Shown here piece by piece: positions 37,811-51,389 of a stretch of DNA of 64,000 nt; position 1 is the first letter of the stretch, and the number at the start of each line of letters is the position of its first letter. Both the position numbers and the translations under genes were made by a program. Origin of the DNA: Callorhinchus milii (lineage: Eukaryota); the NCBI RefSeq assembly GCF_018977255.1, contig NW_024704742.1:74216001-74280000 (forward strand), given 5' to 3'. The notes beneath the pieces are model-generated. The model was given only the letters and a program-made list of their open reading frames with translations, was not told the origin of the DNA and did no database searches.

Positions 37811-39102
37811 ATCCCCTTGATAACTGAATAACGAATTAGAAGACGAGGGTTAATATTGACATCTATTATTGAACATTTAGTTGAACTGGCTTGAATGAAG
37901 ATTGTTAATTGCATTCCTTGGAGTACCACAGTGTACATGTGTGCCAACCTGGACATGCATGCCCATTCAAAATGTCTATTAGACTAATGGCCCAAATCTG
38001 ACGTTCACTGTTCAGAGTTATTAGAGAGCTCATCTGAAAAGTTTGTCATTGCTTTTGCTGTTTGATTTGAAGGCTTTGATGTTGATTTGATTGAACAGCC
38101 TGAATGTTGAGGTATTTTATCATACTCGGCAGTGATGCTGAATCAAATGCAGTTGCACTGTAGCTGAATTACAGCATTAACACTTTGATGCAGCCACTCC
38201 CAGGTAGGCTTGGCTATTTAAGCGAAACAGTGAAACATCAGCAATGTTGTAATGCACATCTTACATATTACAATTGCTTTTCAGCTGGCTCCGTAAAAAC
38301 AATATAACTGCTATATTGAGAAAACTGATATAATTTATAATATCTGTGGTTATATTCTACCTTGGCTGGTTGTCATAATTTGTTTTTATTGTTTAAGTTG
38401 ATTCACTAGTTTGCAGAGCAAGGATATCACTTTTAAAAGTTATAGAAATGAGCTCCATTTTATATTCTACATGTTAGTTGGCCTCTGTGTTGTGTTGAGC
38501 ATTTTATTTTTCCTCCTTGGGAGAGAGGTAAGCAGCGTTTTCTTGACTGAACTGGCTTCAAGGAATCAAGTCAGTTATTTGGGGTAGTCTTGGTACTGTT
38601 CCTCAGACAGTATTCTAGGACACTGCTGAAGACCAGATATCCTGACTCATCAGCGGGCAAGGATTCTTTCCTCTTGGCTGTTAACCCTGCAAGCCATAGC
38701 CCTAACAGGTAAGTAAGGTATTCCTCCTGCACCAGCAGTGGGAAGCAAACCAGGCAATGTTTGCAGTGACAAACTATGCAGTTTTAGCTGGTTAAACTCC
38801 AGGAATACATGTTGGGGTCCTCTAGCCTTGCTCTCGCCAATCTGTGCCAACACTTTCCAGACAGAGAGTGAGCATTCCATTCCAGCTCAGAGACATTTTT
38901 GTGCATAGGTGGCATGCATATGTGGAACTCTGCTTGTTTTATATGCTTTTAAGCATGGTGATGACTTTCCAAATGGGTCAAACTGTTCAAAGAGGAAAAA
39001 TTGATCATCGTAATTTAAAGTCCAACAGTAGGCTTAACAATATGAATGGAGAGGACGAATTGTGGACTTCCAAAATTTATGATTGTTTTATTCTTTTTTA
39101 AG

Positions 39103-39216
39103 CTTTGTGGGGAACACGGTTGACTGAGAGTCAAGCTACCACGAGAGAGAAATATCTGAAGAACGTGCTGCGAGAGTTGGTGACTTACATCATTTTCATG
39201 GTGATTCTATGTATCT
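39103..39216 (+). CDS. PKD2: PKD2 exon 2
   Basis: 114 nt; LWGTRL...[21 protein letters not shown] acceptor, gtaagt donor. Confidence 0.93.
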
Positions 39217-39584
39217 GTAAGTATCATAGCGAGCTTTTATTGTTGATTCTTCCCTCTCAGACTTTTGCCACCATTAGACAGAGCTATTTGTTTTTCCAAA
39301 CAGACTGAATTACCGGTTAGGGAGACCAGTCAGCATGTATGGGCAGCAGAGACTACATTGTACACTAGTTAACATGAATACTGGATAGTCTTGCTTCTTT
39401 CTGGTTTCTTTGTGTGAGCCTCAATTCTTCTAATTACTAAATTGGTATTAGTGCAAACTCGATTTTGCAACTTTCCCTCTAAATACAGAAATAATCAAAG
39501 GCTCAGTCAAAAAGATAGATCTCAAGATGGGTTTAAAAGATTGGGAGAGCAAGGCAAAGGGACAAAAGATTTTTAACCAACTGC

Positions 39585-40675
39585 TTCCACCATCTTCGCA
39601 AACGGTTTCTCCTCCAGTCCCCACCTGGTCATCTGCGGTGTACCACAGGGCTCCAACCTTGGCCCCCTTATTTTCTTCATCTACATGCTCCCTCTTGGTG
39701 ATATCATCCACAGACACGAGGTAAACTTCCACATGTATGCGGATGATACACAAATCTACTTTGCCTCCTCCAGGACTGCCAATGTTCTATCAGTTTGTCT
39801 GGCAGACATCAGGGCCTGGAGGAGTGCAAACTTCCTGCAGCAGAATGAGGACAAGACAGAAGCCATAATCCTTGGCTCCCCTCAACTTTTTCAGTCCTGT
39901 GGATCTGACCTTCTAAACCTCCACAGCCTTTCCCTCAGCCTCACTGAACTAGTGCGCAATCTAGGCGTCCGATTCAACCCCCAGCTGTTGTTCCTCCCCC
40001 ACAACGGGTCCTTGACCAGGACCACCTTCCTCCACCTCCGCCACATTGCCCGCCTCCGACCGTACCTTACCCCAAATGCAGCTGAAACCCTCGTGCATGT
40101 GTATGTCACCTCCCATCTGGATTACTCAAACGCACACCTCGCCAGTCTCCCCAGCTGCACTGTTCAAAAGATCCAGCTCATTCAGAACTCTGCCGCCCGC
40201 ATACTGACCCAGACCAAACTCTGTGCCACATCTCACCAGTTCTGGCCGAGCTCCACTTGCTCCCCATCACCGAACGGATCGACTTCAAGATCCTCACACT
40301 CATGTTCAAATCCATTTGCTTTCTGGCACCTCATTACCTCTCCGACCTCCTCACTCCCCAATCAACCACCCGGCTCCTCTGCTCGACTGGCACCGACCCC
40401 TTGCTTGTCCCTCACACCCTCCGCTCCAGCACTGAGGGTTGCACTTTCAGCCATTAAGCCCTGAAACTCTGGAATACTCTCCCTCAATCCCTCTCCTTGC
40501 CCCCTTTCACCCCTTTTTCAAGTCCTGCCTGAAAACCTTCCTTTTCGACCATGCTTATGGTCACCTCCCCTTCCCCCCCCTCCTCCCAAGCTCGGAGTCA
40601 GGCTGCGCCACTGTTAAGCGTTCTGATACGCTACCCTACGTGGAAGGTGCTATACAAGTACAAGTTGTTGTTGTT
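39585..40675 (+). mobile_element. L2-clade LINE 3' fragment
   Basis: [23 protein letters not shown]; (ttg)n tail; same subfamily as 26970-28485. Confidence 0.9.
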
Positions 40676-42820
40676 GGATGAAGTTCAAGAGAGTGGGGCC
40701 AGATTGGTTGGGTGGATTGGGTGGAACATAAAGAAGCTCAGTGTTTGCTGAGTAGAGAGCAGCCAGGTCAGTAGGAATCCAGGAGGTTATAGAAGTCCGG
40801 TATGATGAGGCTATGGAGGTAATTAAATTGGAAGATGAGGATCTTTAATCTGTTTCACTGTTCCCTGGAGTCGGAGAGGACATGGACTGCAGAGTTCTGG
40901 ATGGACTGCTCCATGTGTAGCAATCTGGGCATTCGAATAATTGAGCCTTGATGCGATTAAGGCATCGGTGAGAGTCTCACCAATCCAGGGAAAGAGAGCA
41001 GTGGAGGTGAAGAAAGCCCAATATGTAAGAGCCCAGATGTAGGGCTTCAAGGATAGGTGCGAATTGAACAAGGAAAAAAGTTTCCATACAGGCTCTTTGA
41101 GGGAGAAGAAAACAACATGAAAAAATGCAGATAGCATCTTGGAGTGCTTAACATTGATGGACCTGGAAGCTGAGGGGGGAGGAATCTGTATGCTTGGTAA
41201 GCATAACTGAACTTGCTCCAAGATGACATGCCTGGCAATGGAATATCGGAATCGAGCCAGGCTTCCTCGACGGTCTCTAGTCCAGTTCCTGAGTCAGGTG
41301 GGTCCAAAGTATTCCAGGGCACTACTGATGCAGCACAGCCCAGCCTGGCTCATCGGCAGGACCTGGAATGGCAGACCAGTCACTGGGGGCAGGGAATCAT
41401 CCCATTCAGCTTCTGTTAACCCTACAAGCCAAAGCCCTAACAGGTAGGATGGTTCTAGCTGGACAAGCAGTAAGAAAGCTTACCGGACAGCAATATTAAC
41501 GGCAGCTATGCGCTTTTAGCTGCACTTCAGTAGTACCCCAACACACACTCTGAAGCAGCCAAGAGTTTGCTGTCCATTTTAGATATGAAAAAGTCTATGA
41601 TCTCTTTGACTTGGTTTTGGAGATGAGGATTGAGTGAGCTTGAGGGTGTGTGTGGTGTGGGTGATGTGTGGTGGAGTTTGAGATTATTTTTGGCCTCTAG
41701 GATGGGCTGGGAATAGAATGTGATTCTTGGCTTGTGCAACTGAGAGACTATAAGTTCAACGGTGTTATACTGGTGATGCAACTTAAGCAACCATGCAGGT
41801 CAATATAATCAGTGCGTGAAGTGAGAGGCACTGATGGGATTCATGCAGGAGAGCCTTGGTCTTGAAGACTCCCAACAGCTTCCATTTATATAGCACCTTC
41901 ACTGTTGGCCCTTGCAGTTTATCAAATAATAATAATAGTAATCCTTGCATTTGATATAGTGCCTTGTCACATCTTTGAGACATTGCAAAGCTCTTCTTAG
42001 AGTATACTGCAAAGTGAATTGACTGTATATTTTGTGGATGAAATACATTGTAATCTGACCTTGTATAGGATTCAATTATATGACATAATATTCAAACAAT
42101 AAATAACTATTTATAGGGCACATAGAGCATATACTCCACCAAGTCACTTCTGAAAGTTGGAAAAAAAATTGAAAAATATTGTATTTTATGTGCATCTTTT
42201 GTATTCAGCCCTCTTTGATTTTTTTTCAGTTCCAGATCAACATCTTTATAAAGCACTTTAATGATTTAGCAACCATAATATCAAACTGTAAGGAATTTAA
42301 GGAATTTCTTCTCCTGAGCTTAGTGCTGCACTTTGGTCTCTCGGTGCTGCTTAATGCTGCTCAAAATCTAAATATTAACAAATCACTCAAATGAATAATT
42401 GATTTACCTTTTTATGCTCGAGTATAAAAGGACAAGGACACACAAAAAAGTGCAGTTCGTTGACTTTGACATATTGTTAAAATTCTGCATGTCAGTCAAG
42501 TTATGATATCTTATCCTCTAGAGCATTTTTAAATGTAGTCTCTATTATGTAAAATTAGGAATATATACATTTCTATTTGAATTCACTGTGCCTGGGTTTG
42601 TTTTGTAAACTAATTGCTAAGTGATGTATTTGATCAATAAGTTGTTTTTAGCTCATAGACTCTGTAACTTGCGTTTGTACCTCTATAAGATTATCTTGAT
42701 GCTTATGAGAATTTTCCTGTTAATTATTAAGGGAAGCAGGAAAGGGATCAAGCACAATTGTTATGGGTGACTTAAACTTGCCATGGGTAAATTGGAAAGA
42801 TTATAATTGGAATAAAATTG

Positions 42821-42925
42821 CAGTGAACTCCCGATAATAAAACACTGACTTATGTCATCACATGTCTCATATCACCATGCTGTTCATATTCCGGGCACTT
42901 CCCATTTCAAAATGCGAATAAGGGA
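42821..42925 (+). mobile_element. Tigger-like transposon end; second copy at ~44788-44890
   Basis: cagtgaactc(c/t)gataataaaaca...acttcccat..aaaatg.gaataa occurs at both loci. Confidence 0.55.
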
Positions 42926-44117
42926 CTCCCCCCCACCCTCCTCCTTATTTCATCACTCCGCTTAATGTATTAAGTCACATTCTACACATCGCTGTAAGTA
43001 AAATATCAAATATATCATTGAAGTGTACTTATTAATTTCTGAATGTATTAAATCTTATGGTCCCAACTGATACAACATACGTGAGATTTACTTTATTAAT
43101 ACTCTGGGTAGAAAGTGAAGTACTTTAAATTATCTTGCAATCTTTTAAACCAGAATCATACAATTCTGTGGCAGTGCTAAAATCCAACAGTGTTATGCCA
43201 CCCAGAGTGGGTAAATAATTAACTACTCTTGTCTAATAAGAAATCAATTTCTGACACTTCCAAAAAGCACCTTTTTCCCAAACATGCACTGCAAACTTTT
43301 CAGGTGTTCCATAATAACTAAGCAACCTGGTAGAATGGGGCAGTATTGGCAGTATTCACACACATTAGCTCTGCCATTATTACTAACTGCAGTGTTAAGT
43401 GCAATAGCTATGGAGATAGTGGACTTTAAGAGAAGAATTTGACTGATTTAATGAACACATTCTGGGGTCCCCAAGCCTCAGCTCTTGCCAACCTGTGCTT
43501 AATACTCCAGAAGTAGGTAAGGAGGATGTGACACTCCAGGGAGAGTGTTTCCATTCCAATACACAGGAATTACCATGTGTAGGTGGGTTGCATGGAATTC
43601 TGTGTGTGTAGGATACTCTGGTGACGGGGAAAAAAAAGTGGAGCTTAAGAAAGGGAGAATTTGTTTGATATATTTTCGATACAGTAGTTAGTTTCCATTA
43701 AGATTGTTGATCGTAAAATGCTGTACAAGTGTATTATAAAATACATTAATTTATACTGATCAACTTTGTTTCACATACTTCAATGCTCTTGAGATTCTTA
43801 GAAGTTGGTTTAGAACCGATTGAACTGAATATTGAAGAACATTTTGCTCACAATATACAGTCAACTCACTTTACAATATATTCTGTGAAGCGCTATGAGA
43901 CATCTCGAAGACGTGATTAGGCGCTATATCAAATGCAAGGATTATTATTATAATGTACACTTTAGCAATTATATTTATTGTGCCCGATTTTAAACAAGAA
44001 ATCTACAATTCCTCTAAGAAGGAAGTAGCAATAACAATCTGCTTTGTTACATTTGTACATCTAAACAACTTGATTTTTGTCTGACCTGCTTTTGTTTTGT
44101 ATTTATTTCTGTTTCAG

Positions 44118-44251
44118 TAACGTATGGGATGGTCAGCTCCACTATGTATTACTATACCAAAGTCATGTCTGATCTTTTCTTGGACACACCTTTTGCAGCT
44201 AATGAGAAAGCCAATTTCAGGAGTTTATCCAGCATGGACGATTTCTGGAAG
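44118..44251 (+). CDS. PKD2: PKD2 exon 3
   Basis: 134 nt; [24 protein letters not shown]...SSMDDFWK; tttcag| acceptor, |gtactg donor. Confidence 0.93.
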
Positions 44252-45084
44252 GTACTGTTGGACATTAGAATCTAAAATAAATAATCATTGTATTTGATAT
44301 TGCGCTTATCACAAGATATATGTCTCGAGACATCCCTCTTTGACCATAGTTTTGGTCATCTTTACCCTCCTTGCCCCTTCAGATTCCATCCCTAGCTTGG
44401 ATGCAGAGCTAGCAGAATTAAGTGCTTTGAGATGTCACCCCAAAGTGAAATATTTTCACATGATGGAAATACAGGGTATACTGTAAAGTATAGGCGAATG
44501 TGGCAGTCAATTTGCGAACAGCAATGTCCCACAAACAGCCATGAGTGACCATTTTATTAATTTTGGAGATGCTTGACCAGGGTACCAGACAAAACTCCCT
44601 TTTTTCCCCCAAATACTATCATGAAATCTTTAATGTCCACTCGAATAGGTAGATGGGGCTTTGTTTTAACATCTCATCCAAAGGAAGAATGTTATAGATT
44701 TTGAGTTAATGTTTAGTGATTTATCACGCGGGTAAATTTGGAGAGCCAAACAGACATAAATCTAGTGTCATAATTGCAGGGAAAATACAGTGAACTCCTG
44801 ATAATAAAACATTGGCTTATATGATCACTTATCTTATATCGCCATGTTGTGTATCCCATCTACTTCCCATGCAAAATGTGAATAATGGGGTACATAAGTC
44901 ATGACACAGATTGGAAGATTCAATAACTGTTCAGCAAAAATGGTGGGATTTAGCAACATTGCAAAATGCAGTGTTAAAACTTAATTCGCTGAGCATAAAC
45001 ACTTGCTGTAAAATTTACAAATTACGTAAAGCAAGTTACTGATCTGTATTTGCTCCCTTTCAGGATAAGTACAGGATAAGACAT

Positions 45085-45487
45085 AAGTACTCTTACCTCT
45101 GAGTCAAAAGGTTGTGGGCTCAAGTCCCATGTTGGGAGTTGGAATCACATAGTCTCAGATGACACTCCTATGCAGTGCTGGAGGTGTATTGAATTGGTGG
45201 AGGTGCTGTCTTTCAGATAAGACGTTCAACCGAGGTCCTGTCTGCTGGTTCAAGTGGACATTAAAGATCCCTTAGCACTATTCAAAGGGAGATTCTCCCA
45301 GTGTCTTGGTCAACAATCCCTCAAAACAAAATTGGCCACTTACTCCCAAGACTGTTTGTGGGACACTGGCTGCAGAGTTTGCACACAAAATGCACAATCG
45401 ATCCAATTTATAGTATATCCTGTGAAGCTCTTTGAGGTGTCTCAATGGCGTAATATGGCACTCCACCAAATGCAAGGATTATTATGA
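45085..45487 (+). mobile_element. Deu-domain-type SINE, near full length
   Basis: Box-B-like ggctcaagtccc, central aaccgaggtcctgtctg...taaagatccc..gcactattc, and the 3' tail caaatgcaaggattatta. Confidence 0.65.
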
Positions 45488-46135
45488 ATTACCACTGGGT
45501 GGCGTTCTGAGTGTGCAGTTTTGAATTAAGCATTATAAAATCTCACCAGTTGTGCACATTAAATGTATCTCAAAAGGTGCTTGGATTTCTCTGAGGTGGG
45601 ATGTACACTTTAATGGCCTCTTTACCATTGTAGAATTATTATGTAAGAGCCTTACAAAGATATGAACTGTGATGGTTATGTCAGTGACTGCTCATACTGC
45701 TATTTTAATAGCAACAAAATTAAACTGGTACCATAAATATAATAGGTAAAGTTCTTATTTAAAAAGTCTATTTTTAGTGGTACTATATTCCTCTCATCAT
45801 CTAATTTTTCTCTAAAATTCACATTATAGTATTTGGCTCCTTATCATATTGTTTATGAATTTTGCTGCACAAATTACATGCTACATTTTACCATACAATA
45901 TTCACTTATTTTTAAGCAATTATATTTTGATGCATTTTGGGATTTTTTAAATGTGAATGTTATTATTGTTTCCAAACTAATTGATCGTCTTGGGCCTTGT
46001 TCAATAATCTAAACAGTTAAGTAGCTCAATTCTATTACAGCTGCTTTGCATTAAAAATTGAAAATTTTTAGCCTGCATTATAAGATGCTGCAGATGCTAA
46101 TTTTGGTATCAAAATTAAATCGAACTTATCTACTT

Positions 46136-46826
46136 AATGTTTGACCCTCAACTATCCTTTCTACCCCACATCTGCGCCATGACCCACTCTGCCTTCCCCC
46201 ACCTCCACAACATCGCCCGGCTCCGCCACTGTCTCACACCGCAGGCCACCGAAACCCTCATACACACATTCATTACACAGAGGCTTGACTATACAAACTC
46301 ACTGCTTGTTGGCCTCCCCAACTCTTCCTTCCATAGGCTGCAGATCATCCAGAACTCTGCAGCTCGTGTCCTCTCCTGCATCAGGCTCCGTCACCCTATC
46401 ACCCCCATCCTCGTCTGACTCCACTGGCTTAATAACACATAGGATACAGTTCAAGATCCCGATCCTCACCTTCAAAGCTCTCCATGGCCTTGCTCTCCCC
46501 TACCTCTGTGACCTCCTAATCCTCTACCATCCTGCCCGCTCCCTCCGCTTAGCGGGCTCCAACCTGCTTCACTGATCATTAGTGGGTGGGCCTTCTGCCA
46601 CACTTCCCCCACCCTCCAGAACTCCATCCCGCAGTCCCTCTCCTTCACCCCCTCCCTTGCCTCCTTCAAGACCCATCTCAAGAACCTCTTCTTTGACCTG
46701 CTTTCCGCCCTGTCCTCTACCCTCCCCAATCGCGACCCCCAGCTTGGGTCCGAAACGCTGACTGTCCAGCACCTTGGAACATCCTCCCGATGTGAAAGAC
46801 GTTACAAATGTAATTTTGTTGTTGTT
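46136..46826 (+). mobile_element. L2 3' fragment
   Basis: FDPQLSF, RLDYTNSLL, QNSAARVL; (ttg)n tail. Confidence 0.85.
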
Positions 46827-47363
46827 GTACACTCACCTATCTTGACGTGTAAATTCTGCTGATAGGAATAAAAGCAAATAAACCATCCTTGTCTTAAACA
46901 ATACTCTCAAAATAGATCAACAGACTCTTGTTTAGATTAGCTTGAAATAGCACAGCTGCAATTAATTTCAAGCTCAAAATTGTCCATTGAAATTTGTGCT
47001 TTGATTCCGGACAATACAACAGGTAATCTTTACTAGAAGTTTAATTTGGAAAAAAGGCTGCTTTTTTTTTAAATGTGGGTGAGGACCTTGAAATAGATCC
47101 AATGAGAGACTGGGAACTAATGGTGAGGACTGGGGTGATGGACATGCGGAATTTAGTGTGGCCAAGGATGCGGAAGGTGGAGTTTGGGACGAGTTGAAGT
47201 TTATAAACGGTGGAACTAGGGAGAACAGCAAGGAGAAGATTAGACATATCTAACTGATATTTTTCTAAAAAGTCACTATATCAAAAGAAGGATTATTATA
47301 TTAACATTGGTGACTTAACAGGAGTAACCCAATGTACTGCTAAAAAATTAGTTTTCTTTCCAG

Positions 47364-47614
47364 TACACAGATGGCCCTTTACTGAACGGGCTTTATTGGG
47401 ACCTATGGTACAATAATGAAACGATGACTGAGAACAAAAGTTTCATTTACTACGAAAACCTTCTTTTGGGGGTGCCTCGGATGAGACAACTGAAAGTGAA
47501 GAATGAATCCTGTAAAATACACGAAGACTTGAAGGATGAAATCAAAGAATGCTATGATGTCTATTCGTTTGCAAATGAAGATTCTGCACCATTTGGTCCT
47601 AAGGATGGAACTGC
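47364..47614 (+). CDS. PKD2: PKD2 exon 4
   Basis: 251 nt; GLYW...[24 protein letters not shown]...ECYDVYS (TOP domain). Confidence 0.95.
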
Positions 47615-48446
47615 GTATGTGCCTGTGTTTTTATTTATTTTTTAAGTCGAACAGCATTTTACGTCTTTTACCCGGCAAAAAAATTATATTTATTTAAAAA
47701 GGACAGCAAGTATACATGTAGAAGCTCGTTTGATTGTAATTTGTATCATCTAATGTTATAATAGACTCAGAACTGGTGTTTATGTTGTATTTCAAATATA
47801 TCCATTGTGTAAATGGATCACTTAGTTTCTGTTGTATGTTCTAAGTATACTATCGTTAAGCAAATGATCAATTTTGGCTAAGATAAGATTTTTTTAAAAA
47901 AACAATTATAGTCTTCCTGAGAAGGCAAATGACAATGCAAAAAATGCTGCTGCAGAGAAGATATTGTCAATTGGACAACACATGATTTGTATTGTACACT
48001 ATAATGTGTTGCTCAGCATGTGTTTGCAGCACATTTTACGAAGGATGGAAGTCTCAAAAGTGCTTCACATTTGATGGGAGTAAGGAGAGGAAGGAGTATT
48101 TAAGGGCATTGTCCAAACGTTTTTAAGAGGGTTTTCGAGGAAAGGAGTTGGGTTTCAGGGGCAGAATGATGAGATAGAGTCACAGGTTAGGCAATGCTTC
48201 ATTGATGGAAAAAGGCAGTTTTGGTCAGTATAGTTTTTATAATAAAAAAAAGAAGTCTTTTGTTAAAGTAACTGATAAGCGTTTCATGGTATATATGTTA
48301 CAGTAAAGTTGTGAAACCAGGGATTTCACAAAATCTTTTAAAATTTTAAGAAAATTGTGAAACCATGAAATCACTGAAAAGAAGAGTCAGGGATGAAGTG
48401 AAAACGTGATCCTAGCAGTGGACAGGGGTAGAGGGGATCCCAGGAA

Positions 48447-48758
48447 CAGCCTGTAGCTCAGTGGTTAGAGCACTCGCCTTGCAAGCGAGACACCTGGGTT
48501 CAATTCCAGGCAGGGAAAAACCTTGGGCAAGTTTCCTTACTCCACACGATTAATAATAATCCCTCCAAAACAAAAATAAATTGGTCATTTTTAATCCACG
48601 ACTGTTTGTGGGACACTGCTGTGCGCAATTGGCTGCCGTGTTTCGCCCACAAATATACAGTCAATTCACTTTACAGCATATTCCGTGAAGCACTTTGAGA
48701 CGTCTAGAAGACGTGAAAAGCGCTATATCAAATGCAACGATTATTATTTATTATTATT
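48447..48758 (+). mobile_element. tRNA-derived SINE, copy 1 of a tandem pair
   Basis: Box A tagctcagtggttagagc, box B gttcaattcc, tRNA-like head, body gactgtttgtgggacactgctgtgcgcaattggctgcc, and L2-like tail ending (tta)n. Confidence 0.85.
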
Positions 48759-48936
48759 ACAGTATTCAGAGTTTGACAAGCCTCAAGAGTGTCAAACACA
48801 ATGCCAAGGCTATGCACTGGCTCAGTTAGCTGGAACAAGCAACTAAGGAGGAAATAATTTTGTAGGATTGAGAGGCTGGTTGATAAAAGCAAGAGATCTT
48901 ACTTTGGTCACCATTTTCCTTTTATATTGGGATGGG

Positions 48937-49260
48937 TGTCCTGTAGCTCGGTGGTTAGAGCACTCGCCTCACAAGCAAGAGACCTGGGTTCGATTCTCGG
49001 CAGGGCAAAACCTTGGGCAAGTTTCCTCTAACTCCACATGCCTGGTAATAATCCCTCAAAAATAAGAAACAATAATAAATTGGTCACTCAATCCACGACT
49101 GTTTGTGGGACACTGCTGTGTGCAATTGGCTGCCGTGTTTCGCCCTCAAATATATACAGTCAATTCACTTTACAGTATATTCTGTGAAGCACTGTGGGAC
49201 ATCTCGAAGACGTGAAAAGTGCTATATCAAATTCACGGATTTTTATTATTAATACTATTA
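48937..49260 (+). mobile_element. tRNA-derived SINE, copy 2 of a tandem pair
   Basis: Same architecture as copy 1. Tail-only fragments of this family occur at ~1731, 3090, 11581, 22205, 35360, 41925, 43855 and 56728. Confidence 0.85.
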
Positions 49261-49549
49261 TGGGTGTAGAATAATCCAGTAGTACATTTGTATATTCCTC
49301 CTATACTTCAACAGAAATCTAAATGAATAGTGAAATTGGCAGTAGTTTGAAAGTGATGATTTAGTTTGTGATTATAATGCTTTAATTGGGAATTGGGTTG
49401 GCTTTGATGATATTTCATTTTGCTTTGTAGTAGTCCTTTCATCTCCTCTATTTGTGTTATTCATGAATGAATGAGTGGTTCCAGTTGCACAATCAAAGTG
49501 GTGTCCTTGAGTTCATTTACTTCTTTTCAAAATTCTTTTTTTTTTACAG

Positions 49550-49774
49550 CTGGATTTATACACCTGAAAAAGATTTGAAAGCAAACAGATACTGGGGTTT
49601 AATTGCTACTTATAGTGGAGGAGGTTATTCCTTGAATCTGGGAAGACGTAGAGATGAAACGGCGGCAAAATTTAAAGTACTGAAGGAGAATCTCTGGCTT
49701 GATCGAGGGACCAGGGTTGTGTTCATAGATTTCACTGTCTACAATGCAAACATCAATCTGTTTTGTGTGATCAG
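49550..49774 (+). CDS. PKD2: PKD2 exon 5
   Basis: 225 nt; WIYT...YSGGGY...[26 protein letters not shown]. Confidence 0.95.
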
Positions 49775-50727
49775 GTATGACAAACTATCAGAATTGTTCT
49801 GTTGTTGGACCGATGGGGATCCAGAGAAGTGGTGCAGTATTAAAGATCACTTTTAAACTGAATTATGTTCCAACTCATCCAAACTCTGTATTCTTTCCCA
49901 TATCAATCTGCATACCCATTACACTGTTCCTCTCCTAGCTTCTAATACCTCAGTTGATCTCTTAAAGATCTTCCCCTGGACTTTAAACCCTCGGTGATCA
50001 TGCTCTCTTCACATTTTCAATGTCTTTGAAGAGTTCCTACTGGTAAATTGGCCACTCTCCTCAATTTTGTTTGTTAGCAAAACAACTGCTACAAAAATCA
50101 TTACATTTGATGATAATGCTATAAAGTTCTTTGATACTTTTGGCACATAAGGCACTATAAAAATGCAAGTTAATTTTCTCCATCTAGCCCTATTCTCTTG
50201 CCTGTGCCCTCCACTATTCCACCTCTGGCCGTTAAGTCATTGAAAAAAATGCTCATCTTCTTTACTGATCATCTGGTCTCTATTTGAATTGGAATGTATG
50301 CATCTTAATTATTTTGACAACAGTTCTTCATCTGCTATGTAAGCATGTTCTTTTCTGCTTCTATTAAAATATTGAGGCTGCAGCTTACAACACAGAACTA
50401 CAGTGACCAAAACACCTAGGAGACATTTTTGTTCTGAATTTACTTCTGTTAGACACACTTATCCTATTGTGAAGGAAAATGATGACTAAAAAAACTGAAA
50501 TAATAAAGTAAACTGTACCAAATAGAGGTAATTTAACATTAAAAAGCTTGTGTAGTGTAGTAATTGTGCTATTGTTATGTAAACGTGTTTTATATGAATA
50601 TAACTAGTAGCAGGAGGATTAGTTCATTTAGTGCAATCAATCCATATTGTGATTACAGTATTTGCTTCCTGCTTATTCAAGAAGAATTCAAGCACATTTA
50701 AATTGTAGTTTTGTTCACATTGTGCAG

Positions 50728-50956
50728 GTTGGTGGTCGAGTTCCCTGCAACAGGAGGTGCTCTTTCATCGTGGCAGTTCCAGACGGTGAAACTTATTCGT
50801 TATATCTCCAGCTTTGACTTTTTCCTGGCAGCTTGTGAAATTGCTTTCAGTATTTTCATTTTTTACTACATAGTTGAGGAGATTCTGGAGATTTACATTC
50901 ATAGACTACATTACTTCAGAAATCTTTGGAATTGTCTGGACATTGTCATTATCATG
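50728..50956 (+). CDS. PKD2: PKD2 exon 6
   Basis: 229 nt; [10 protein letters not shown]...[17 protein letters not shown]...WNCLD. Confidence 0.95.
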
Positions 50957-51389
50957 GTAAGTGTTGACGTAAATGCCTGTGATAACAATTGTCTTCATAG
51001 TTGGAGAGTCAATGATGGCAATGATAGGAACTTGTCTTCAAAGTTTGGACACAGACTCCGTTTTCTAGTGAAACCCAAGCTCTCTATACGTTCTATCCTG
51101 TCATGTGAACAGTTCCATATGCCATTGCCTACTAAGTGCTTACTTGTTATTGCTGAAATCTTCACAACATGACATTGTCACCTCTACACACTCATTAGTT
51201 TTCTATGTTTCTGTTAATGTTTCTCATGGACTCATCCATTGATGTAGAATTTTTGTAAACTCAGACTATATGCTGCAGACTTTCTCCCTGATGTCTTCTT
51301 GCCTAGAAAAATCCAATTTAATTCTAAAATGTCATTTTGATTTATTTTTTCAAATCAGCAGGGTAGGTTAAGTATAGTGTATATTTTAC

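Noticed and set aside
48447..49007. tRNA-Ala(TGC) and tRNA-Val(CAC) genes
   Set aside because: The heads continue directly into a repeated SINE body and tail, and the stems contain mismatches.
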